Shown in pieces: positions 39,543 through 51,247 of a stretch of DNA of 64,000 bases. The position numbers and the translations under genes were made by a program. A model generated the notes under the pieces. That model was not told the DNA's origin. It did not search any database and was given only the letters and a program-made list of their open reading frames with translations. Each line of letters begins with the position of its first letter. Position 1 is the first letter of the stretch. The DNA is taken from positions 205,592,001-205,656,000 of the forward strand of contig OX597815.1 of NCBI GenBank assembly GCA_951406725.2, read 5' to 3'. This DNA comes from Octopus vulgaris (taxonomy: Eukaryota).

Positions 39543-39671
39543 GGATCTTTTCGGTTTGAACGGCAGTTTTTAAAAATAATTTCTATGTAACTAAAAGATT
39601 TTAAACTTCGTACACTCGTAGAGTGTGTTTATAAAACATCATCTTTTTCTCTTGGCTTTACCGAAAGATCC
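39543..39671. mobile_element. Internally deleted M1 MITE, 3' of H2B copy 1
   Basis: GGATCTTTTCGG...CCGAAAGATCC; flanked by A-runs. Confidence 0.75.
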
Positions 39672-39751
39672 AAAAAAATTAGTTAGAAACATATCGGTCG
39701 TTTATCATAGCTATTCATGATAAAGATATAAACTTTCATGAAAATATATTT

Positions 39752-39767
39752 GGCCCTGAAAAGGGCC
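39752..39767 (-). terminator. Histone 3' stem-loop of H2B copy 1
   Basis: GGCCCTTTTCAGGGCC on - strand, 27 nt after the stop, followed by CATGAAAGTTT downstream element. Confidence 0.92.
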
Positions 39768-39794
39768 GATGATTTCAAGAAATACACCAAGTGT

Positions 39795-40154
39795 TTATTC
39801 ACTGCAAGTGTATCTAGTAACTGCTTTCGTACCCTCAGATATTGAGTGTTTGGCCAATTGACCAGGAATCAAAAGCCGAACGGCAGTTTGAATCTCTCGA
39901 ATACTGATGGTCGAACGTCTGTTGTATTGAGCCAAACGACTGGCTTCGGCGGCGATTCTCTCGAACAAATCGTTAACGAAGCTGTTCATGATGATCATCG
40001 CTTTGTTGGAGATTCCAGTATCAGGATGGACCTGTTTCATAACTTTAAAGATGTAGTTGGAATAGCTTTCTTTCCTCTTTCTCTTTACTTTCTTGCTTTT
40101 CGATCTGGCTAAACTTGGCTTGACGGGTTTCTTGATATCTTCGCTGTCTGACAT
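39795..40154 (-). CDS. H2B: Divergent histone H2B, copy 1 (119 aa; K120R, E105Q, K125E by human numbering)
   Basis: Intact intronless ORF with [39 protein letters not shown] histone fold; stem-loop and promoter present. Confidence 0.92.
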   Translation of the reverse strand: MSDSEDIKKPVKPSLARSKSKKVKRKRKESYSNYIFKVMKQVHPDTGISNKAMIIMNSFVNDLFERIAAEASRLAQYNRRSTISIREIQTAVRLLIPGQLAKHSISEGTKAVTRYTCSE

Positions 40155-40179
40155 TATTCACGTTAGCTGCAAACTCTAC

Positions 40180-40320
40180 GAATGCTTTGCCAGTCTCCAA
40201 CAACTGACGCTTTTTATAGTTGTCAGCAGGCTCCAGAAGCAAGTCACTTGTTTGGCGCGCTTGAATTTCATTGGTTGAAATTGTTTCTCACGTGATCAGT
40301 ATACTTGAAGCTACCTGAAT
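40180..40320 (-). promoter_or_regulatory. H2B copy 1 promoter: CACGTG, CCAAT, TTTGGCGC (E2F-like), TATAAAAA, CATTC cap site
   Basis: Motif order and spacing conserved with the promoter at 59132-59270. Confidence 0.75.
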
Positions 40321-41149
40321 TTAGTTTACTTCCACTAAACTATTTCCCACGTGATTCTTAAACGATAGTTTTGTCACGTCTGGTAGCCAAAAAGAAAAAC
40401 TAAATTCGTTCATTTTGCAATGGCCTTTAATTCTCAGTGCACTGTATCAGTTTTGTAAATAATTATAAGTGTTGAATAAATTTGTATATAGAATAGAATA
40501 AGTGCTACAGATTATCACATTTGAAATAAATACATTCATAAATATAAAAATAGAATTTGTATTCTAAAGTTTAATAAAAAAAAATACAGTATTGATTTAG
40601 CCAATTTCAAAATTTGTTTTCAATAATCATTTGGTCTGTTTGTATTCTGTAAAATTTTAGCAAAATGAAAAGTATGATATATTTAAAAATAGGAAATAAA
40701 ACAAAAAGTATGTAATTGCTCAATTTAATAAAGTCTCAAAAAATTAAAACACAGATTAGAAAAATAAAAGATTTGAACAATAAAACCAAAATTTTAAATA
40801 TTAAATGCTTATGTTAAAAATATAGTAAGTTCTTTTGTAAGAAATGAAATTATAATATAAAGCCAAATGTTAAACTAAAATTCAGATTTAAATGTTACAG
40901 AAAGTACTAGGTAAAACTAAAAGCTATGCAAAATCTTTTCTTTTTTAAAGAAACTTTTTTTATATTTTCATACAAATAAATACAATATTATTGTTCAAAT
41001 TTTCCATATAACTTTTAATTTAACTTTTATTCCAAATGTTTTGTTATAAATTTTTTTTCAGAACTTTTTACTCCAAGCATTCTAACTTGGGCCTTGACAT
41101 TACCTTACACTTGCCTTGTCTTTGTCCACTGCACATCAAATAATTTACA

Positions 41150-43159
41150 ATGAGTCCAAAGAAATGGAAGTATCTTGACGAATATATTCGATTTAGCTCT
41201 GTGTCTTCCCAAAAGGGTGATACAGAAGTCCCCCAGTGTGTGATATGTTACAAAACCTTAAGCAATGATAGAATGTGACCCTCATGCTTGGAACACCACT
41301 TGAGGACAACACATCCTGCTCTTGCAGAGAAGCCCAAGGCATTCTTTGAAACAAAAAGACATTCCTTGAAGCAAGCTAAGTTAGGCGTCAGTAGGGCATT
41401 ATGGCAACAAATTTCAGTGGCTGTGAGATCACCATGTTGATTGCAAAGAGTAAGAAGAGCCATAACATTGGAGAATCTCTCATAAAACCAAGTCTACTCT
41501 GTGCAGCAGAACTTGTTCTGGGGAAAGATAATCCAAACAAGCTTTCCCAGATTTCACCATCAAACAATGCAGTCTCAAGACACCAAAGATCAAATTCTCA
41601 ACCAAGTTAGAGATTCTCCTGATTTTGCCATCCAGTGTGATGAAATGACTGACATCACTCAGGGTTCTCAGCTACTGGTATATGTTCGTTTTGTCTCAGG
41701 CAACTGTGTAAAAGAGAAAATACTGTTCTGTCGCTCTATGGATAGTTGTACAATAGCAGTAGCTATTTTTTGTGATGTATCAAACTTCTTTCAGGAAAAC
41801 CAACTTTTGTGGGATTCTCTGGTAGGGATGCATATTGATGGAGCTCCAGCCAGGCTTGGTTTGCAGTCTGGATTCATTACTAGGGTGAGAGAGAAAAAGA
41901 AATCTATCTGTTGCAGGTACACACTGCATACTTCATCGTGAAGCCTTGGCATCCAGAACCTTACCTATTGAAATGAGAAATGTCCTGAACATGGCTATCA
42001 AGGTTATCAACTTTTTTAAAGGGAGAGCCTTAAACAGTCATCTTTTCAAACTGTTGCATAAAGATAATCTGAACACAAAGCATTGCTTTTTCACACCAAC
42101 GTATGATGGATATCAAAAGGGAACATGCTTGGATGGCTTTATGAACTATGAGAAGTAGCAAAATTTCTAGATTTGCAACAGAAAGCAGATCTCAATGACA
42201 AGTTCCAATCTGAAGGCTTTCAGCTGTCTCTAGCTTACCTGGTGGACATCTTTGAAGCATAAATTCTTTCAACCTTAAACTACAAGGGAAAAACAACATT
42301 CTCATGTACCACGGCACCATTCAAACCTTCATGGCCAAACTCGACCTCTGAAAATGTCGAATTCAGCAGGGAAATACAATCAGTTTTAGTTACTTGGATT
42401 CTGCTCTCATTCACAGTAACCTTGATTCTGAGTTGAAGAAAGATAATCACTCCTCTGTCTTGAAAACAGAATTCATCAGATACTTCCCAGATATAGATGA
42501 AAAGCGGGAAGTTTGGAAATTCATCAGGAACCCATTTCAGTGTGAAATAATTGATGGTTTGGATGAAGTGCAAGAGGAGTTTCTTGAGCTGAAGTTCAAC
42601 TCCTTAACTATGGAAGACTTCAAAGAACTGGATCTTGAGACATTCTGGATCAAGTGTCTTCCTGTTTATCCTCTGATCTCATAGCAGGTTCTTTGGATTT
42701 TAGCTGTGTTTGGATCCACATATCTTTGCGAAGCTGCATTTTCCACGCTTGTTGCTGTCAAGACCAAGAACAGAAACAGGCTGAACATTGAAAGGGACTT
42801 ACATTGTGTGCTCTCTGGCATTCAACCACACATTCAAGATTTTGTAGCTAAGAAGCACTGTCAAGTATCTCACTAATAATGTGACTAATTCATATAAAAA
42901 AAAAAAAAACCCAACTTTTTTTGGCTTAGAAGCAGTGTCAAGTATCTCATTCTTTTGTATAATGTGATTATATTTAAAATTATTCATATTTTGTATAATG
43001 TGTCTAATTCATATTCAATAAAAAGACTAAAAACATATTTTAGATTTTATTTAAAGTCTGGGAGGGAATTTTATTCAAAGTTGCAGGTGGGGTGGGGGGC
43101 ATGGAGAGAAGGACAAATTCCTAGGGGAGATGTGGTAGTAAAAAGGTTAGGAAGCACTG
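41150..43159 (+). mobile_element. hAT (Charlie/Buster, ZBED5/8-like) transposon fossil with disrupted transposase
   Basis: PQCVICY...HL...H BED finger, HNIGESLIKP, FAIQCDEMTD, DGAPA, FGSTYLCEAAFS; many stops/frameshifts; right TIR AAGGTTAGGAAGCACTG followed by CTCTAAAA target-like sequence; left TIR not found. Confidence 0.85.
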
Positions 43160-43499
43160 CTCTAAAAGAAAATTTCAGTGGTTATACTTCTATAGAGTTG
43201 AGTACTTATACTCCTAATTATGGCAAATAACCAAATCAGAAAGATAACATTGGTTTTGCATCTTACAATTGCACTGTTCAGTGGTTGTGCACTCACAATG
43301 ATTAAATATCTTTTTTAGATGAACTAAAACTACCCAGGCTACGTTTATTTCTGTCCATTTACAACTCATGATATATTTTGGACAGTAACAAAGATGGTGG
43401 GGTAAGAGAGCACTGTCCACCTCGGATGATGCTTTTATGAGAGCGGCACACATCACACTCACATACGGTGTGCTTCTGCAATTTCTGCGAATCAAATTC

Positions 43500-43898
43500 G
43501 GATCTTTTCGCTTTGACCGGCAGTTTTTTAAAATAATTTCCACGTAACTAAACTTTTAAACTTCGTATACTGATAGAATATGTTTATAAAACATCTTTTT
43601 CTCTTGGCTTTATTGAGAAAATTCTATAGTTTGTAAGATATTTGTTGTTTTTTTTCTTCAATTTCAACCAATTTCAACCAACGTCTATTGAGGTGAAAAC
43701 ATTCTGTGCCATATGAATATGTCCCTCGTTTAAGAAACAGATTGGGTTTATTTACATTTCTGAAGAAAAAATTATACCCTTCCCCCACCCTAACCCTAAA
43801 ACAGATTGAAATGCAATAGATCGATACTAGGGTCATAATTATGGGTGATAATTTCATGACACCGCTAGAAAAAACTGCCGTTCAAACCGAAAAGACCT
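43500..43898. mobile_element. M1 MITE inserted in an old SINE A fragment
   Basis: TIRs and 8-bp TSD TCAAATTC (43492-43499, 43899-43906). Confidence 0.85.
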
Positions 43899-44425
43899 TC
43901 AAATTCCACTCACAAGATATAGTAAACTGGTTGTTTTGAGTTTATAATAAAAAAAAACATTTTCCCAAGATGCCATGCAAGGGAATTGAACTCAGAACTA
44001 TGTGGTTGCGAAAAGATCTTCTTAACTGCCCATACAGCAATGCCTGCAACTGTCATATATATTGCCATTTTCGGTTAATGTTTACAACTTGATCCAGAAA
44101 CGAAAATTAGAAAAAAATAGTGCAGTGGGTGTAAAAAAAAAAAAACGTGTAGGAAACGATTATGAAAAAAAAAAAATTGTGCGCAAAGTAACGGGAGGGT
44201 GGGAAGAAGACCTCGGAAAATTCACAAGATCCGAGTTTTTCCCTCATAACTTTTAGCAAAATGGGACTTTTTTCAATGAAATTGTATAGAAATACCATTC
44301 AAAAGGCTTACATTACAATTATAAAGAAATTTGTGGGTAAAATCTTTTCCAAGGGGTGGGGAGAGGACTTCGGAAAATTCACAAGATCCGAAAGACAGCT
44401 AGACGGAGTGAAGCTAAAGTTTTAT

Positions 44426-44645
44426 ATATTTTTTATTGCCTACAAGGAGCTAAACACAGAGAGGACAAACGGATTAAGTTGATTATATCGACCCCAGTGC
44501 ATAACTGGTACTTAATTTATCGACCCCGAAAGGATGAAAGGCAAAGTCGACCTCGGGGAAATTTGAACTCAGAACTTAACGCCAGACTAAATACTGCTAA
44601 GCATTTCGCCCGGCGTGCTAACGTTTCTGCCAGCTCGACGCCTTT
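44426..44645 (-). mobile_element. SINE family B copy
   Basis: 17-bp TSD TGAAGCTAAAGTTTTAT (44409-44425, 44646-44662). Confidence 0.82.
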
Positions 44646-44949
44646 TGAAGCTAAAGTTTTATTGCATGCTATCGGCTCACTGGAAGATTAGAAGAGACTG
44701 CCTCACGTGACCTTATCAGAAGGCTGCTATTGGTTGGGTTGCATATTGGCGCGCAATAGAGCAAGAGACAATTTACGCCAATACCAGCCAATCAGAGTAG
44801 TGAACACAACTAAGTAACTGTTATCTACTACGTCCGTATTTGTGTATATATAACAGCAAGATTTTCCCCACAAATTACTTTATAATCGTAATCGATGCCT
44901 TTGAAAGGTATTTGTATAAGATTTCATTGAAAAAAAACCCCATTTTCCT

Positions 44950-45371
44950 ATAAAACCCCCATTTCTTGTTAAAGTTCTCGTATTTCGGTAATTTCAACCA
45001 ATCAATGATGTGTATTCAGCTGAATAAAATTACTGCTGTTGTTTGTCAACAACTTCCCTAAAACCTTAAAGCTAAAACCAGTACAAACGCACGAACGATG
45101 TCATAAATAACAATGACAAACGAAATATACATACACTGCCAATAGTTGTTGACAACAGCAGTAATTTTTTCCAGCTGAACACACGTCATTGATTGGTTGA
45201 AATTACTGAACTACAACTTTAACATGAAATAAATTCGTAAACATTAACTTTCTCAAAATCGCTAAGAGTAAAAGATGTTTTATATGACACATTCTACCAG
45301 TATACGAAGTTTGAAAGTGTTTAGTTACAAAGAATTATTTTCTAAATCTGCCGGTCAAAAGGTAAAGATCC
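44950..45371. mobile_element. M1-related MITE with long internal inverted repeats, left end missing; abuts H2B pseudogene
   Basis: Ends CTGCCGGTCAAAAGGTAAAGATCC; ~44970-45053 is inverted relative to ~45144-45228. Confidence 0.7.
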
Positions 45372-45625
45372 GCGAAGCTATTAAGAAACCCGTCAAGCCA
45401 CGTTTAGTTAGATTGAAAGCGATGATCATCATGAACAGCTTCGTTAACGATTTGTTCGAGAGAATCGCTGCCGAAGCCAGTCGTTTGGCTCAGTACGACA
45501 GACGTTCGACCATCAGTATTCGAGAGATTCAAACTGCCGTTCGGCTTTTGATTCCTGGCCAGTTGGCTAAACACGCAATATCTGAGGGTCCGAAGACAGT
45601 TACCAGATACACAAACAGCGAATAA
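45372..45625 (+). pseudogene. H2B: H2B pseudogene, copy 2: start lost to MITE, 96-nt in-frame deletion, broken stem-loop
   Basis: Aligns to 59295-59654 except for 32 missing codons; 3' hairpin mutated to AGCCTTTTTCAGGACC (45655-45670). Confidence 0.85.
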
Positions 45626-46332
45626 ACACTTGCTGTTGTATTTTCTTGACCGACAGCCTTTTTCAGGACCAAAATATATTTTCATGAAAATTTATCTTTT
45701 AATGAGTAACGATGATATTTATCTGATAACCTCTCAGAATTCTTCAATGGTTGTTCATATTTCAGATTCAGCAATTTATTTTCTTATATCCCCATTTTAA
45801 AAATTCCACCCGTCTGTTTTTGTATATTTTGGATTATATTGTCCAATATCTCCATTTTTTAAGACATTGGGGACGTGCGTAGTTCGAATGTAATTTGGCT
45901 GTTGTTTCTAGCATGTTGAACAACCACAACCTTCCCAGGTCAATAGTTCCAAGTGTCGTTTGTAATTTATTCACTATCCATCTGCATATGAGCAAATGAA
46001 AGGACTACTTTGATTGGAAACGTGAAATTTTTAGATGATAGAGTTGAGCTCCACAGCCTAACTCTATCCAAGACTCTAAACACCGAGGACGGTGGGAAGA
46101 GATTGAAAAATCCTTGAAATCAAAGCTAATAGCATTTTCTTGACGTTACCTATATTGTGATGTCATAATAACACAATGGGGAATTTTAAAAATTATTTTG
46201 ACAAGAAATAGGATTCTTAAATTCACGCACTTGCAGATACGACCGCTAGCTCCAAAAGTTTTAATACTCTCTCTCTCTCTGTTAATTTCATCGTGTTCCT
46301 TCCTGTTGAAGAGCTTAGGCTCGAAACGTAAA

Positions 46333-46401
<69 letters not shown>

Positions 46402-46411
46402 TGTATATATA

Positions 46412-47830
46412 TTTTTTCTCTAGTTTCAGCTCAGAGCTGCGGCCATGCTGATGCACAGTCGTTTTGCTATACTGTTATTATTGAGACCCTCCAATATGTG
46501 GCACTTGGTAAAGAATGGAGTTTGATGTAGCTACCCTCATTTGCACCTCTTGCCGCGAGGAAGGTTCATCTGGGACTCTCGACAGGAAGAGGTCCAGCTT
46601 TGATTTAAAAACACCTACATCTACTTTGTGCAGGTTCCTCGGGCTCTTTGGGAGAATATTAAAAAGCTGTGGACCCCTGAAACCCAGGCTGTTGCAGTAA
46701 CTGGTCCTGAAGCGCGATGGCGTTGCTGGGATCTTTGGCACTATGCAGTGTTGTCCCGTTCTGGCATTGGTGTAGCTTTCAATGCCAAAATTTGGCACAA
46801 TTCCTTCCAGGATCTTCCAGATGTATATTACTGCATGCCTCTCCCGCCTTCTCTCCAGGGAGTAGAGTCCTAGCTGTTTCAGCCTTTCCCAGTAGCTGAG
46901 CAGATGCAAAGATACGATCTTCTCTGGATTGCTTCAAGGTCCGCTGTTAATTTCACACTGGTGGGTGACCATAGCTGTGAGCAGTAATCCAGGCGGCTGA
47001 GGACGAACGTCCGCCAGAGGACCATCATGGTTTCCTTATCTCTGGTTCTGAATGTTCTCAGGATCCATCCAGCCAGTCGTCTGCACTTTGTCGCCATCCT
47101 GGTAATGTGCACTTGGAAAGAGGTATCATCACTTATATCTATACCCAGGTCCCTCACTGATTTAGGTTCTGGGATTGAAATTCCCTGTGGACCAGTGTAC
47201 CCTGTAAGTTTCATGTTCAGTTTTGGACACTGCTAGCGCAGGGCTTGGAATTTTTCAGCATTAAACTGCATATTATTGTCCTCAACCCATCTGTAAATTG
47301 AGTCCAACTCCTGCTGCAGATGTGCAACATCGCTGGGGTTCTGTATTTTCTGCAAGACTTTCGTATCATCTGCGTAGTTTGCAAGGGTGGCTATCCGTGC
47401 ACTTGAGGGCATATCAGAGAGGGCCACTATAAAAAGCAGTGGTCCCAAGACAGTGCCCTGTGGAATACCACTCACTATTTGTGTGTTCATAGAGGTGGCT
47501 CCATTAGACACTACTGCCTGACTCCTGTCTTTCAGAAAGTCATGTAACCACTCTCCAAGTTTTCCAGCTATGTCAAGGTCACAGTTTGTGGAATATCATA
47601 CCATGATCTACCTTGTCAAAAGCTTTTGCAAAATCAAGGTATATTACGTCCACATTTGAGTTGTTGAGTAACTGCCTCAACACCCAGTCATAATGTAAGA
47701 TCTGGATCAGGCAGCTCCTACCTGGCCGAAAGCCACGCTGGGTATCATTCAGCAAGTTATTTTCCTCAAGGAATGCAATTAGTTTCCCTCTGACTATCCG
47801 TTCCATGACTTTGCTGATGTGTGAAGTCAA
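46412..47830 (-). mobile_element. CR1-clade LINE, 5'-truncated, RT with frameshifts and intact 3' tail
   Basis: YLDFAKAFDKVDH, GIPQGTVLGPLLF, YADDTK, MQFNAEKF, SYWERLKQLGLYSLERRRER. Confidence 0.88.
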
Positions 47831-47949
47831 TTTTCTTTCAAAGTTTAAAAGTACATTCTACGATGATTGCGCTAAACATAAGGATATTACTGTAGACTTG
47901 GTTATGGCTACAATTTCTGGACAAAGAGAATGTTTAGAATACAAAGTCT

Positions 47950-48350
47950 GGATCTTTTCGGTTTGACCGGCAGTTTTTAAAAATAATTTCCACGTAACTA
48001 AACACTTTAAAATTTCGTATACTGGTAGAATGTTTTTATAAAACATCTTTTTCTCTTGGCTTTATTGAGAAAATTCTATAGTTTGTAAGATAACTGTTGT
48101 TTTTTTTTTCTGCAATTTCAACCAATCAATGACGTCTATTGAGGTGAAAACATTCTGTGCCGTATGAATATGTCCCTCGTTTAAGAAACAGATTGGGTTT
48201 ATTTACATTTCTGTAGAAAAAAAGATACCCTTCCCCCACCCTAACCCTAAAACAGATTGAAATGCAATAGATCGATACTAGGGTCATAATTATGGGTGAC
48301 AATTTCATATGACACCGCTAGAAAAACTGCCGTTCAAATCGAAAAGATCC
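47950..48350. mobile_element. M1 MITE, full length
   Basis: TIRs; TSD CAAAGTCT/CAGAGTCT (7 of 8). Confidence 0.87.
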
Positions 48351-48502
48351 CAGAGTCTAATAGTTTTACTAAGTAACGATTTTTTAGTTATGAAATTATA
48401 GGTATCATTATTTAAGCACCGTTACACACGCGATATTTGTCGGTTGCAGAATAGGCACCTTCAATTCATAAAATCAATGTCGTATTTGGTACACTTAAAG
48501 AC

Positions 48503-48620
48503 AAACACGCACTATCTGAGGGTACGAAAGTAGTTACCAAATAAATACTTGGTATTGTACTTCCTTGAATGTACGGCCCTTTTCAGGGCCAAATATATTT
48601 TGACGAAAGTTTATCTTTTA
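48503..48620 (+). pseudogene. H2B: H2B 3' remnant (KHALSEGTKVVTK*) with an intact stem-loop at 48575-48590
   Basis: AAACACGCACTATCTGAGGGTACGAAAGTAGTTACCAAATAA, then GGCCCTTTTCAGGGCC and GAAAGTTT; 3' flank matches that of copy 2. Confidence 0.8.
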
Positions 48621-48807
48621 ATGAGTAGCAATGATATGTAACTATTGTATTCATCTGAAATTGTTTTACAATTTTTATATGACTATTTTTCAGATTCAGT
48701 AATTTATCCTCTGATTTTCGCAGCAACATTTTTTAAAATTCTAGACGCGTAGGTTTGTATTTAAAAAAAAATGATATTGCTCAATGTATCCATTGTTTTA
48801 TAATGTA

Positions 48808-49195
48808 CTAGCAGTATCGCCTGGCGTTGCTCGGGTTAGTAAGGGAAATAACTATATAAGCATTTTTAGAGAGAAATAGCAAAAAAAAATGCATTAAAAA
48901 TGGAAAAAAAATGATGGTAATTTTTTTTTTAAATCGTTGACTCATCGTAGACATTTTTAGAGAGTTACTTCCCTTATATAATAGCCAAAAATGCATTAAA
49001 ATGGAAAAAAATTATGGTAATTTTTTTAAAAAATCGTAGACTCATCGTAGACGCGCGCTAATACCCAGAAGGGCTCGATATGAATCACGATTATAAGATA
49101 CCCGCTTTTGGTTAAACTGCACCGCAAAATGTGGGAGTAGTTAGGAATCTAAATCGTAGGAGACAGACACACAACTTCACTTTTATATATAAAGA
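48808..49195 (-). mobile_element. Non-autonomous Helitron H1
   Basis: Reverse complement of the 11444/52236 family with TC...CTAG ends. Confidence 0.85.
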
Positions 49196-49421
49196 TTAGT
49201 AGTATATGTAATTTGGCTGTTATTTCTAGCATGTTGAGCAACCACATTGAGGAATCCCACGTCGATAGCTGAAAGTCCCGTCTACTGGTTATTGGTCAGC
49301 ATACATGTATGAATGGCCAAATGATGGCACCTTTTGTTTTTAGAAAATAACTGAAGGTTAGTGACGGTGTAGACGAAGGTATTCCGAAAGCAGATCTCCA
49401 ATCATACATAGAAACATTACA

Positions 49422-49509
49422 GGATCTTTTCAGAAAAGATCCACATTGGAAAAAGTGTTTAGTTACAAAAAATTATTTTTTAAATCTGCCGGTCAAAGTG
49501 AAAAGATCC
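49422..49509. mobile_element. 88-bp M1 MITE derivative
   Basis: Perfect 8-bp TSD ACATTACA (49414-49421, 49510-49517). Confidence 0.8.
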
Positions 49510-50848
49510 ACATTACAAAGTAAAGGAGGGATCTTTTCTATTTGGCTTCACTTCTTGAAATTTTAAAATTTGGAATATTGATGTAATTTTTCACGCTATT
49601 CACTTGCTCTCGAAAAAGTTTAGAAAATGCTACAGAAGGTTAAAGTTTGGTAATTTTTATCCAATCAGAAAACAGGATTTGGAAATTGACATTTTGGCGT
49701 GATTACGACATTACGACGACAAAACGTTCTACAGAATGTATAATGTCACTCTAGCTTTTCTGGTACACAAGTGTGTACAATTAAATATTCTATAGGAATA
49801 TATCGACTATTTTTGGTTGAAACTACACAGACATCAAGTAGAAGCGGGTAAGCTTTATTAAAACGCATACGGTGGTGTAACAAAACCGTACAATTTGAAT
49901 TTACGTTTTGGTACCGACCAGCATCGACAGAGGGTGTTTAAGAAGTGGAAGATGAAAAAGCCGACTTCGTAAGCACCAAAAACCTTGGTGATGCTGACAC
50001 AACACGAGTCTAGATATTTGAGTGAACTCGCCAGCCCACGGTAAGAAAAGACTGAATTTTTAAAAAATTCAAAGTCCAATTTATAATATCTTCCAAATTA
50101 ACTTAACCGGTATTATGACATCATGGCAACTAAATTCAAGTCAGATACTCGTTTGTACGTATCGTATACATACATGTGTTTATATATGTAATATTTATAA
50201 TATATATATTAACAATGGTCTAGGATTCAACTGGTATGTCGACCAGAATCCCCTATAGACAACGGAAGGCCTGCGAATGTCAGAATTTTAAAAGGACTAC
50301 CCCTCTTCTACATTTGTCTCGGCCCGAAAGCAGTCTTGTCTTGTAAATTATTCTACTCTTCAAATAAAAAAGTTTTCGAAAATTATTCCTTTATTACGAT
50401 AGTTAATCTTAAATCCAAACATCCATGTTTTGATAACTTACGCAGTTCAGCACAACTAGCTTTAAAATACTCCTTGGAAGCAACATAAAACATTCTGAAT
50501 AGCTGCTTCATTCAGGTGCCATCACACCAGTCTTTCTCGACGTTCAATATATCAGATAATTTCTGATATATTTTATGGGAGGATACAATCGACTACAGTA
50601 CATGACCAGTACGTTAATTTCATAGTATTAAAAAGATTAAAGCAGAGTCTACCTCGATTGCGTGGAATATAAGAGTAATGTTGTGAACAAGGATATGAAC
50701 AAAATTTGTGAATGAAATAGGACCTGTCATACCCTACTCTGTAATGTCTCTATGTATGGTAAGAGATTCTCTTTATTCAGGTGAATAAATATTCTATGGT
50801 TACATACCATTGTTACTCATAAAGACAAACTTTCATGAAAATATATTT

Positions 50849-50864
50849 GGCCCTGAAAAGGGCC
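50849..50864 (-). terminator. Histone 3' stem-loop of H2B copy 3
   Basis: GGCCCTTTTCAGGGCC on - strand plus CATGAAAGTTT. Confidence 0.92.
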
Positions 50865-50893
50865 GTCGATAGAGAAATTACTACAGCAGGTGT

Positions 50894-51247
50894 TCATTCG
50901 CTGCTAGTGTATTTAGTAATTGCCTTCGTACCCTCTGACATTGCGTGTTTGGCCAATTGACCAGGAATCAAAAGCCGAACGGCAGTTTGAATCTCTCGAC
51001 TACTGATGGTCGAACGTCTGTTGTACTGAGCCAAACGACTGGCTTCGGCAGCGATTCTCTCGAACAAATCGTTAACGAAGCTGTTCATGATGATCATCGC
51101 TTTGTTGGAGATTCCAGTATCAGGATGGACCTGTTTCATAACCTTATAGATGTAGTTGGAATAGCTTTCTTTCCTCTTTACTTTCTTGCTTTTCGATCCG
51201 GCTAAATTTGGCTTCACGGGTTTCTTGATATCTTCGCTGTCTGACAT
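50894..51247 (-). CDS. H2B: Divergent histone H2B, copy 3 (117 aa)
   Basis: Intact ORF, 2-codon deletion in the basic patch, canonical stem-loop; shared promoter absent. Confidence 0.88.
   Translation of the reverse strand: MSDSEDIKKPVKPNLAGSKSKKVKRKESYSNYIYKVMKQVHPDTGISNKAMIIMNSFVNDLFERIAAEASRLAQYNRRSTISSREIQTAVRLLIPGQLAKHAMSEGTKAITKYTSSE

Noticed and set aside
39846-40112. Antisense ORFs over the H2B genes (also 45404, 50945, 59337)
   Set aside because: Shared only because the sense genes are paralogous; no independent promoter or motif.
40376-40395. ACGTCTGGTAGCCAAAAAG resembling a divergent H2A start (ATGTCTGGTAGA) about 220 nt from the H2B ATG
   Set aside because: Only about 10 matching bases and no H2A-like sequence follows.
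41150-42880. Domesticated ZBED-type gene
   Set aside because: Multiple stops and frameshifts and a retained TIR indicate a transposon fossil.
43788-43799. CCCTAACCCTAA telomere-like repeat (also ~48239)
   Set aside because: Two units only and an integral part of the M1 MITE body.
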